The translations under genes and the position numbers were made by a program. The notes beneath the pieces are model-generated. The model was not told where the DNA came from. It was given only the letters and a program-made list of their open reading frames with translations, and did not search any database. From Giardia intestinalis (taxonomy: Eukaryota), in the NCBI GenBank assembly GCA_000002435.2, contig CM018793.1: a DNA stretch of 64,000 nucleotides; one strand, written 5' to 3'. How positions within the stretch are numbered: the stretch's first letter is position 1; each line of letters opens with the position of its first letter. Below, one piece after another: positions 1 through 10,100 of the stretch.

Positions 1-545
1 CACAGATTGGTGCACCCTTGCCTTGCTCCGGTATGGTCTTAACGCCATATAACACAATCCTCGCCAAGATAGGAAATGAAGAAGATATCCGCTCCACTTT
101 TCAAAAGGAAACCGCCGACTGTGCAGAGCTACTCCAAGAGGCCTTACGTCCCGATGCCCGATCCCTTTTTCTTCTCGATGAATTTGGACGTGGCACCGAT
201 TCGACCACGGGTGACGCGCTTGCGGAAGCTGTCTGCAGGCAGCTGACTCAGCTGAATCTTCGGGCCGTTGTATCCACACATAGTCCGCTAATGGCCCTCA
301 AGCTTGAACAAGACAAACAGGTCCGACTTTGTCACATGAGTTATGAAATAACGGCCTCAGGAATCCAGTTTAAGCATACTCTTTGTCACGGTCTTTGCAC
401 TCGCTCATTTGGTTCGCAAGTGGCAAGGTTGGCAGGCTTCCCCACAGAGCTACTTGAGCAGTGCGACAAGCATACACGAGGGTTCATTTACTCTTGTATC
501 CTTTCTACAATGGAAGCTGTCGAGGATATGTTGGGGCAGAAGTAG
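1..545 (+). CDS. MutS-family DNA mismatch repair protein, C-terminal fragment (5' part of gene lies upstream of window)
   Basis: Frame of ORF 18..545 is open to the left edge. Conserved MutS motifs: 'LLDEFGRGTDSTTGDALAEAV' (DE-GRGT...DG-A-A block after Walker B), 'STHSPLMAL' (the TH-x-x-EL type motif), and C-terminal 'F-HTLCHGLCTRSFGSQVARLAGFP' (helix-turn-helix dimerisation region ending AGLP-like). Confidence 0.7.
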   Translation, partial: QIGAPLPCSGMVLTPYNTILAKIGNEEDIRSTFQKETADCAELLQEALRPDARSLFLLDEFGRGTDSTTGDALAEAVCRQLTQLNLRAVVSTHSPLMALKLEQDKQVRLCHMSYEITASGIQFKHTLCHGLCTRSFGSQVARLAGFPTELLEQCDKHTRGFIYSCILSTMEAVEDMLGQK

Positions 546-555
546 GATGTTCAAG

Positions 556-1326
556 CTAATAGTATATGCCTTTCGTTGAGGACTTTTTCGTAAGCACTTT
601 TTGTAGCACTGATAGCCGTCTGCTAAGCTGATCGTTCAATATCAAGAACCCTTCTGTAATGTTCAAGTAGCTGTCATATATGTCATTTATCCGTGTGCAG
701 TCCATGTAAATCATTGCAAAGTAGGTGTCCAAGACGGGGGTCTTGCGAAGGTGCTTGATAAGAGCCCCTCGCGCCGTGTGATATGTGAGTACCTCAGAGG
801 TAGCGTTCTTCACATCTCCGATAAGCTCGTCGATCGTTTCGATAAGCTCATCAAGTGCCTCCTTTAGGTCGTGGTCTTCTGCAAGACGATTCTTCAGGAC
901 AAGGGTGTTCAGCCATCTCATGATTCGCATTAAGGCTCTATTCAAAACCGGTAACTCTTGATCCAATCGCTGCTGAAGTTCAACAATCTCTGGAACCTGC
1001 ATGCATACCTTCTGGATATTTAGGTGAGACGTTGGATCGAATGCCTCCAAGAGTTCCCGAGTTATCGCCAACTCTGGATCGGTGGTTGAGGAGTCCTCGC
1101 CAATAAGCAAGTTTGTCTCGAGGCGAACACAAAGCTGCTCGGAAAAGTGAGGTTGGAAGTAGGGGCAAGAAATCAAAAAGTCGTGAATGTCGATAGTCAG
1201 TGCAGGGAGAGCATACACGACAATGTCCAGAGCATCCTCCTTATTAGCCTTCCCGAGCGACTGATACTCCTTTTTCAGTTCTCGGGCCCGCTCAGAGGCT
1301 CGGATTGCCCCCGGCTTATGGTCCAT
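556..1326 (-). CDS. hypothetical alpha-helical protein (256 aa)
   Basis: Clean 256-aa ORF. It is packed tail-to-tail 10 bp from the MutS stop and 11 bp from the next minus-strand gene. Composition is globular and helical. No motif I can name. Confidence 0.4.
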   Translation of the reverse strand: MDHKPGAIRASERARELKKEYQSLGKANKEDALDIVVYALPALTIDIHDFLISCPYFQPHFSEQLCVRLETNLLIGEDSSTTDPELAITRELLEAFDPTSHLNIQKVCMQVPEIVELQQRLDQELPVLNRALMRIMRWLNTLVLKNRLAEDHDLKEALDELIETIDELIGDVKNATSEVLTYHTARGALIKHLRKTPVLDTYFAMIYMDCTRINDIYDSYLNITEGFLILNDQLSRRLSVLQKVLTKKSSTKGIYY

Positions 1327-1337
1327 CTGTTTATTTA

Positions 1338-1976
1338 CTAGCGTTTTAAAAGGCCCACAATAATAACGGTTAATGTCCCAACCCCCAACACAGATAAAAG
1401 AGTGGTCATAATGATACGATGCTTGTCAACCGTACGCTTAATCCGCTTAGCTGCCAGGATGCCCTCAAAGAAGGCTTCTTCTGCTCGCTCTCCGCCTGCC
1501 CGTGCGTGCTCAATCGTCTCTTTCTGTGCATTGAGGTTGTCAAGCAGATCTGCGCCAGTCTCTAGAGCGGCATGAGCCTGAGCCTTGGCCCGTTTAAGCT
1601 CATCCTCTTGTCTGCAGAGACTACTCATAAGTGCGGGGTGGTACTCCCGCTGACCATGCGTTGCGGGCGCCGGACTAAACCCAGTGGGCTTCGAAGCAAC
1701 CTTTGACACATCTATTAGGTTTCCAAGTTCCTCCAGCTCTGTCTTGACCTTGAGTTGATCTGACAGTAGAGTGTCTTTCGCAGCTTGAGTGGTGACCCTA
1801 CTAATCTGCGCTCCAAGCCGATTGTATACAGTCCAGGCTGTACGAAGACTCCTAGAGGCATATTGCAGCGTATCATCCCGCGTGAATGGATCTTCATCCT
1901 CGGCTTGGGAAAGGTAGCGACGTGCATCTTCTAAAAGCGTTCTTATCTCTTGAAGAAAGCCAATAGCAACCTCCAT
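1338..1976 (-). CDS. tail-anchored coiled-coil protein, SNARE-like (212 aa)
   Basis: Heptad-rich helical region, then basic residues (AKRIKRTVDKHR), then a single C-terminal TM 'IIMTTLLSVLGVGTLTVIIVGLL' and a 2-residue lumenal tail. This is the architecture of Q-SNAREs or Use1/Sec20-like proteins. Confidence 0.4.
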   Translation of the reverse strand: MEVAIGFLQEIRTLLEDARRYLSQAEDEDPFTRDDTLQYASRSLRTAWTVYNRLGAQISRVTTQAAKDTLLSDQLKVKTELEELGNLIDVSKVASKPTGFSPAPATHGQREYHPALMSSLCRQEDELKRAKAQAHAALETGADLLDNLNAQKETIEHARAGGERAEEAFFEGILAAKRIKRTVDKHRIIMTTLLSVLGVGTLTVIIVGLLKR

Positions 1977-2001
1977 AATTGCCAGTTTTTTGAATTTTAT
2001 G

Positions 2002-2805
2002 CTAGAAAACCAGTTCCTCCATGGCAGACGACTCCTCTGTCGCCTTGATGCATGCCTCCGTTAGCATAGCATCCTTTTCGCGCTCAAGCTCTGGAATAAG
2101 AGTCTGCAGCTCGCGGTGGTACGCTAGAAGTTGGCGATAAGTGTCCTCCTGGGACTCGAGTCTCTGGGACATGCGCTGGTGCTTGGCCAGAAATATTTCT
2201 GTGTTCCTGTATTGGTCTTCTATGTCATCTATCGCTAGCTCTTCCTTGAGCGCCCGGATTTTGTACTTTATCTGCGAGATGCTATCTGCTAGGCTCTTTG
2301 CCTTTTTCTCCAAACGAACGGTGTCAGGTATGTGGAATGACGGAGAATCTTTTGTGACATTTCTAGCGTCATCTTGATGTGAGACTTCTGCAGCCAAGCC
2401 GTGACGAGCGCTGCGTGGCCTCTCAGAGATTACGTTATGAAATGGCGAAGAAGGGCGCCGCTGAGTACCTATATTTCTAGGCGGTACTGATGTTCCACGA
2501 AGTGGCTCTGTAAACCCGCCTTCGGGGGCTGTAGAGGCCTTGGAGAGCTTATCCACCGTCAAGCGGAGGCGGGATATAAACGCAACGTTGGCCTTAAAGT
2601 CTCCGGTAGGATCGCACACAACTGGGCCGGAATAATGCTCCTGGTAAGAGAGAGATGGATCGAGAGAGTGGAGCAGCTCTGCGGCCTGGTGCCGGATGTC
2701 GTCTCTAATTTTAAAGTAAGAGTCTGGGGAACAGTTCTTCTTGAGACTAAGCACTTGGAGATCTATGACTTGTTTGCGTAGACTTGCCAAAACATCAACG
2801 GACAT
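2002..2805 (-). CDS. coiled-coil hypothetical protein (267 aa)
   Basis: Long ORF with heptad-patterned N- and C-terminal segments (LQVLSLKK..., IKYKIRALKEELAIDDIEDQYRN...). The middle is Ser/Pro/Arg-rich. Confidence 0.4.
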   Translation of the reverse strand: MSVDVLASLRKQVIDLQVLSLKKNCSPDSYFKIRDDIRHQAAELLHSLDPSLSYQEHYSGPVVCDPTGDFKANVAFISRLRLTVDKLSKASTAPEGGFTEPLRGTSVPPRNIGTQRRPSSPFHNVISERPRSARHGLAAEVSHQDDARNVTKDSPSFHIPDTVRLEKKAKSLADSISQIKYKIRALKEELAIDDIEDQYRNTEIFLAKHQRMSQRLESQEDTYRQLLAYHRELQTLIPELEREKDAMLTEACIKATEESSAMEELVF

Positions 2806-2923
2806 GCCCCAGATCCCAATGCCCTCGGCAGTTCAGCTCCAAAAATTGAAGTTTGAATTTTTAAATGTGAAAACTCTCTAAAATATATGAAAAATAAGCA
2901 ATCCGCGAAGATTCATTGACACT

Positions 2924-4132
2924 CTAAGTGGATGCCCTGTAAGACATGCCAACTTTGGGGCTGACGCTACGACCGAGGTCAAATAAGTCGGAGTACCTTC
3001 GATTCTCATATGTCGAGGAGGAATCGCGAAGATAGCTTTTGCTGGAATCCACCAGTGAGTTGGTAGATCTGTAAACTGGGCTAGATGTTAAACTATCCAC
3101 TCTTCGCTGCATTGACTTCAGCTGTTCTAACTCCTCCACAAGAGATTCAAGCCGCTTGTGCATATACAGTATATTTGCATTGACTGTTTCGCAAGCAGCC
3201 CCTGTCACCTCCTCATTTGGATAGGTGTGCTTGAATAATGATGAACTACATATTTCTTTATATCTATTTTTGTAAAAGCAAAGCTCTGCTGCCAACGCTG
3301 TTGTATCTGTCCTGGCGAGGATATCTCTTTCTATGTTTTGCTCGTGTTGATGCAGCCTCGTAACATAGTGTTTTCGGAGAGCTGCCAGCTCTGCCTCACG
3401 ATCTAAAAGACTTATCTGGAGCTTCTTGATCTCCTCACGCTTGAGGTTTGCGATAGAGACTAGATCTTTGTCATCAGAGTAGTCTGCTCCCAAGAGAAGC
3501 GAAAGAGCACCCTTCATCCGCTCAGCTTTTCCGCAGAGAGAATTGTACTTGAGCATGACCTCTGCAGTATCTACGGCCTCTCCAGACTGCGCTCTTGACA
3601 TGAGGACCAAGACGGATGCCGTTCGGTCGGACGCCCGGTTAGAAGAGGCAAGCACCTGTTCTGGTGAATGCTTACCTGAGCCAGCCAAGAGAACAGCAGA
3701 CTCGTAGGAGTTTGTCCGCGCTGCATAGTCGAGAGCAGTCATTCCATCCTCGTCCTGGGCTCCGTCATAGTAAGGGAGTAAATGGAACAGCGCGCCGGCA
3801 GCATTGTTTTCTGCAGCTATCATCATAGCGTTGACCTTCCTCCGTGCAAGAAGCTTTGCCTCATATGGCGCCAAGATTGCAGTGATGTCGGCCATATTCC
3901 GGGCTGCAGCCTGCATCAGGGCTGTCGATCCATTCTTTCCATGGAAACATCCTGCCTCTTGCGGGGCAAGAACAGAGACAAGGGCCGTGTCGCTGTTTTT
4001 GATGGCGCACATCAGGGCTGTTTCTCCATATTCATTCATGGTCTTTGCATTGCGCTGGAGCATATGAATAACAGTGTTTATATCCCCCGCGTTAACTGCA
4101 CGGAACCAGGTCTCTCGTGGGGGAAAAAGCAT
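2924..4132 (-). CDS. ankyrin-repeat protein with C-terminal coiled coil (Giardia 'Protein 21.1' type, 402 aa)
   Basis: Repeated ankyrin consensus pieces: 'GETALMCAIKNSDTALVSVL', 'GSTALMQAAARNMADITAIL', 'VNAMMIAAENNAAGALFHLL', 'GMTALDYAARTNSYESAVLL'. The C-terminal third is coiled coil (LLDREAELAALRKHY..., LESLVEELEQLKSMQ). Confidence 0.75.
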   Translation of the reverse strand: MLFPPRETWFRAVNAGDINTVIHMLQRNAKTMNEYGETALMCAIKNSDTALVSVLAPQEAGCFHGKNGSTALMQAAARNMADITAILAPYEAKLLARRKVNAMMIAAENNAAGALFHLLPYYDGAQDEDGMTALDYAARTNSYESAVLLAGSGKHSPEQVLASSNRASDRTASVLVLMSRAQSGEAVDTAEVMLKYNSLCGKAERMKGALSLLLGADYSDDKDLVSIANLKREEIKKLQISLLDREAELAALRKHYVTRLHQHEQNIERDILARTDTTALAAELCFYKNRYKEICSSSLFKHTYPNEEVTGAACETVNANILYMHKRLESLVEELEQLKSMQRRVDSLTSSPVYRSTNSLVDSSKSYLRDSSSTYENRRYSDLFDLGRSVSPKVGMSYRAST

Positions 4133-4162
4133 GGGTCCAAAATTACTTTTTGCTCTTATGAA

Positions 4163-7100
4163 ATGGCTCTTTTCGACGGCTCACGCCCCGTATCTGTCCA
4201 TGACATAAGGCAGTTTACCGCTCGGGAGACTAGTAATGCTAGAAGGGTCGTTGCTGCCACAAAGCTCGTGCATTGGTACCGAAATGCACAGCTCAGAAAG
4301 TACGCACGGATCCGTCTCTCCCTTCAAAAGGCCTACTATAGAGGCCTGGTAAGAATGACATTTACGCGTTGGATTCGGTATTTTAGAATTTTGAAGACCT
4401 CTAGGACACGGATTTATCGCTACATTTTTGACCAATGGAGAGAGTCTATAAAGGAGACAATTACATCTGTGCGTTACTATGAAATGAAGCTGCTTGCACG
4501 TGTCTTTTTTCTCTGGCGGATGGATTCAGGGAGTCGTATTTGCTATATGGAATTATTGACAAAGGACAGAGGGCTTGATCCACACGTGAGGCAGCGCCTT
4601 GAAATGTTAAAGCTTCGTAGTATCTTGCTGTTCTGGCGTGCCCGGCAGGTGCTATCAAAGTGTCTCAACATCGGTTTGGAGCTGACTGTGAGCATAGGTG
4701 TAGTCGCCAGCAAGGTACCTCAAAGCTCTTCCAGCCCCATCTGGAAAGGGTATCTATATTATCTCAACTCTTTTGGGGTCATAGAATCAACGATATCTTC
4801 TAAGCTATCTGCAAGGCTCTTGTGGGATTCGTTTGCTAGCTGGAAGCATAAGGCTGTTACTATCTTGCGGAGAAAAAAGTTGGAGGTGGGGGTGCGTGAA
4901 CTGGAACTGAGATGGCTTCGGCCATTCTTCAAATCATGGGTTCTACTCCACCGGACTCGCCTCTACATTCTTGATCACGCAATTGTTCGGTGGCAGCTAG
5001 TTCTTTCTGTACACATTAGGCATGCAGAGGCAGTACGGGCTGCACTTGAGCTTCGCAAATATGCGCTCAAAAGGAGCCACTTCAATAGCTGGACAAGGTA
5101 TCTCTTTGCCCGTGAGCTGCATGCCCGTCACCATTGTTTAGAGAAGGTTTATGGCATGGCAGATAACGGTCACGAGAGGAGCTTTGTGTGCTCTGGCTGG
5201 TTAAAGTATGCTCTGTTCTTTGTCCACAGTCTCTTAAAAGATTATTGCCTGCAAGCAACTGCATTCAGATGCCTGCACAAGCTTAGATGTGCCATTGACG
5301 CCCCTAGGTGCTGGCGGAGGTTGACCGTGCTTGCTTGCGGGACCTATTATATTAGTCGCTTGCGCCTTTATCTACGGGCGTGGGCCTTTGTTGCTTTTAA
5401 GATGAAGACAATAGAGAAGAGACAGCGATCGTTTTGTGCCATCGACGACATTGTTTTCCAGCCTGCAGATATAAAGCTGTTGCATGACAAGCACAATGCT
5501 GAGCTCGCATGTCCTGAGAGTCTCTTTCTCATGGGGCTGATCTCCAAAAACAGTAGGATCCAGCCTCATCGTCTGGCGGTTCTGTGCAAAGGGGACAAGC
5601 ATAATTGCTTATTACTAATGAAGCTACGCAGGTATATCTCCTATCAGCCAACTGGAACTATACACTGTTTGTATAGGGGGCTGGATGATAGTGACGCGAT
5701 GGCAAGCGTAGATCGACTTTTATTTAAGTTTGCCATTGTGGCCATGACACGCCTTGGTAGCTATAATACCTGTTACATAGAAGCATATCGGAGTGAGTCC
5801 ACACTCAAACTAGAGAACCCTGCACAACATCGTCAAGCTATGGCACTGGTCCAGCGGAACCTAGCAATACGATATCATGAATTTTTAGCCGCAACCGATC
5901 TACTCTATGCTGATCTCTACACTAATGGACCCCAATCCCCTTCTGAAAAGAGGATTGGTGCATACATCTCTGGAAAATTTCCTCATATTAGAAAGGCGCT
6001 GGACACAGAGTCGGTTACTCTATTGACGACGGCCTTTCTGCTAGAGACACCAGCTATCATGTTTACAGATAGAAGAAGTGTGATCTCCTCTAGCTTCTTA
6101 CTACAGACGTGGATGGGACACAGGCAATCCTACGCCTCGCAACAAAAAGACAGGCCGCACCATGAGGACTTTCTTCAGTCTATTACCGCAGATTCTATCT
6201 CTATTGTTGATAATGTATATTTTACGGGGCTAAGTCGCGACTTTAATGCAAAAGGAGTGACTACGCTACTAGGCCCCAATGTTTTCCCTGTTGACAACTC
6301 TATTACCGCAGCAGAACGTGCTTCTTTATGTATGCAGCTCGAAGTGATAAAGAACAAACGCTTTTCTGTTTCGTCAGAGGCAGAGTGCTGGCTTCTGGGC
6401 GCTATTGCCAGTGCATCAGAGCGTGAGCTCCAGCTGTCGGCTATTTATAGAAGAAGACTTTATCTAAGACAAGCATCTCGTCTCCTAGCCTCGCCAATCC
6501 GCCAAGTTCCCTCGCAGCTCGCCCCTCTCGACGCTCTCGATAATGATGTTAGCAACGTCTCTGTTGCACCAGACGAAGAGCCTCTAGGCGTCACACATCT
6601 GTTTCAGCGTGCTCGAACCATCCAGGTGGATCGCTTTACAACAACATTGATTTCGACGGATGCAACACGTGTCACAGTGGACGAGATGAAGCATCTCGTT
6701 GAAACTGTGCGAACATCTGTTGTACATCCGTCTCTACTTACATACATAAATGCAAAAGCGCCGGAAGGTGAAGCAGCAACCACAATGGAGATTGCCGTTC
6801 CGGTCGAGTTAGAACCTCCAACCAGATCATTTGATGAACTCCTGAAGCTAGAAAGGAAGATCACTAGTACCGCCGTGAGAATTATAGAGAGATCATTCAG
6901 TATTGCTCCCCTTAGCCAAATCAACACAGGGTCGTTTTGTATGCTCCCAGATGAGCAATTGGTTAATTCATCTGATTTAAGCTTTCTGCAATCTTCGCAA
7001 CTACTTAGTAGGCAGAATTCTTATGTATCTCCATCTTTTGAGCAATACTCCCGTCCAACGGGACAGCACTTAAAGCCACGAAATTCTACCAAGAATTCCA

Positions 7101-10100
7101 CACAGGTGGACAAGTCTCGGCGCTTATCGTCGAAGAAGAAGTCTAAGCGTAAGTCAGGGAGCCTTTCTGCACACCCTGTTGCCAAGCAAAAGAAGTCTAA
7201 GCCAACTCATGGCATTCGCAAGTTAGAGCAAGGGAGGGTGTGTAGGACAGCAAGCTCTCCCAATAAACGGAAAGAAAAGGCCTATACAGCTATTGAGAGA
7301 GAGTGCTCGTTTTATTCTCATGATTCTAGTACTTCCTATCAAACTATAAGCACGGGTTCCTTCCATATACATGCCTCTGATGATACTCATGATGATGCAT
7401 CTCATGAAGCCGTCAATATACACGGACAAGCACATATGCCATCTGACAGCGACGCGTCTAAGCCAACAGTGAGCCTTCGTCCATACCCCTCCTACTACTC
7501 CTCTATTGCAGATGGGAGGCTGTCCTCTGGGCGTGCATTTTTGGGGAAATTGTCTAGCAGGCCTCAAACAACGGCTCCTTACTTAACTAGGCGCATAAAT
7601 AACAGTCAACGTAGCAGCGATACAGAGAGTTCTGACGATATCAAGTTCCAAAAGCAGCACAGGGTAGCGTCTGCAATAAGCTATGGAGCTCATACCAAGA
7701 AAAAGCATGAACTAGGTGGGCACAGTGCTGGCTCTAGTATAACAACTGTCGCCCCTACCACTGCGTATGTTGACGCAGCCTTGCCAACTAAGCAATTCAT
7801 TGAGGCACGGCTGACCTCTGGTCAGTTCACTTTAGATCTCTTGACACGCTACCAAAGGACACTTCTATCCCTTCGTATTTGGAAGAAATCGTTCCAGTGT
7901 TCAACGTATATCTTGCCAGAGTCTATCACATTCTTCCCAGAGATGGATCTCAAGTTCTATGCTCTCTCATCTGGACGAGCAGTTTTGTCACTGGATACAA
8001 TCATTGACACAATTCTCTATGACAACATTATGTTTTTGTATGACAACGAAGACCCGGATGAAGTGTTCCGAGAGATCTGGCTGACAGATCCTCAATTTGT
8101 TGACGTGAACACGCAGGACAATGCTATCTCCGTACCTTCAATTGTTCACCTGCACTTCACTAGGTTCTGGGACTACATAAAAATGCTATCGGATGAATAC
8201 ACATATGAGATAGCGTATGAAGGTGATTGTGCACTAGGAGACAAAGTTCTGCGCCCTACACGTTCTGCACCGATCCTCTATGGCAGAATGCTGTGCTGCT
8301 CGATGGCTGAGGCAGCTAACATGGCTAACAGTCTTGCAGAAGCAGCAGTCTCGTCCTTATTATATAAAGCATCCTTCCCATCTAGTGCACGATCCCGCAG
8401 CGGAACGGCTGCCTTTTCACAGCTGACCCTTGATGACCTGAGCGCTGAACTTGCATTTAGACAGAGTGCCCGTTATAACCATTTTCTTGAGAAACTAACC
8501 ACAGCCCCGTCATGCACTTCTCTACCAACAACGCAGAGAAAACGCCTCTCAGAGTTAGCTACTCCACAGATGAGCAGTTCACGACCTTCACCTAGACCAA
8601 TATACTCCGTTGTTAATATGTCTCTGTGTGACGATAATGTAGTCGCTGTTAGCATTTCCTCCCCCCACCTTTGGTCACGAGAAGGATCATGCCCTCCTGC
8701 TGATTCATTTGCAGAGGTGGCAAGCCCTCGTCCGGACTCCCAGTCCCACAATCGGGCGTACAGGGGTCACCTTTCATACACCCCCAAGATGGCCCGTTTA
8801 GCAGTAGATACAGACATGATAACAATGCCGAGTGCTTCGCATTACCTCCGGTCAAGCTCAACGCCTTCTAAAATGACAATCCCCCAGCCTCTTAGTCATT
8901 TGACAATCGATGAATCCTTGCTTACGGTCAAAGCAGAGCCAGAGCTACCTATAGTTGCTCCGGAAATTAAGCCGTTTCTTATATCCAATAGCGTAACAGA
9001 AAGGTTCACGAGCACAATCCATAAGACAAAAGAGATCTCACCTTCTGGCATTAGAAAAATGCAAAGTGGAAAGATTGGGGCTCTGGCTTATTCTGAATCA
9101 CGAGAGGTCCTGTTGTCACGACCGGCGTCTAAAAGCATACTCGACAAAACTCCGTCACTGACTGGCATTCTCTCAGATAACAGGGCCGACTCACTGACTC
9201 CGCTGGACGACGCTCTTGATAGAGAGCTGAGATCGGCGACGTGTAGCACAAAGAACAAGTTATGTGGTGTGATAGAAGAAGGCACAGAGCCCTCCCCTAA
9301 TCATAAAGAGCAGGGTTCCTTTGAGTCCCTTCGCGATCTTCGTGATAGTCTCATGGTACATAAGTGGGGAGATATGCGTCTTCTTGGGCAGAAGGACACT
9401 AGAATATGCAGCGCTTCTGAGTGTACACGTGCTACTAGCAGCCCACAGTTAGGCCACCGTGGAGAGTCTCTAGACTGCACTAAAAAGAGAACTGTAAAGA
9501 TTGGTGACAACTACTCCTCGATAGCTTCGCTCGCAGAAGCTTCGCCTACACTCACGTGTCTTAGCATGGTCCAAGCAGACGACCAACCTCACACCCATGA
9601 ACAGGTTGGGGTGTACCAACCACGGATCAGCAAATCAGTTCAGCGAGATCGTTCTCCCAATAGGCCGTCCTCTGGTCTAAAGGTATTCTGCTCATCATTA
9701 CAGGCACCAGAACACAAGGTTGATGAGGTAAAGCATATGCAGAGGCAAAATAGGATATTGATAGAACGCATCACTCCCTTGCCATCCACTGATCAACTGA
9801 TTGAAAAGATGGGTCCAGCAATACCTTCACTAATGGCGCCAGTGAGCAACCAAGAAGACTTTGGGAGCCTGAAGTTTCCTCTGGGAGACATTGGGGAAAC
9901 CTGCAAACACGTTGCCCACCACAACAATCCAATTAACCTCCAGTTCAGCCTTGATGATGCAGCAGGTACACCCCATAAAGATACATATAAAAACACAGCA
10001 TTAAGCCATGGTTTGGAGGTAGTATCTATAACAAATGGCAAAGTAGCGGAAACTCCCGCAACTGAAGACCTTCCATCTAGATGCCCACGAATAAAAACCC

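Noticed and set aside
3782-4162. 5' extension of the 2255-aa ORF (MEQRAGSIVF...)
   Set aside because: It lies entirely antisense to the ankyrin gene 2924..4132. A proper ATG at 4163 removes the overlap, and the extension's composition is not protein-like.
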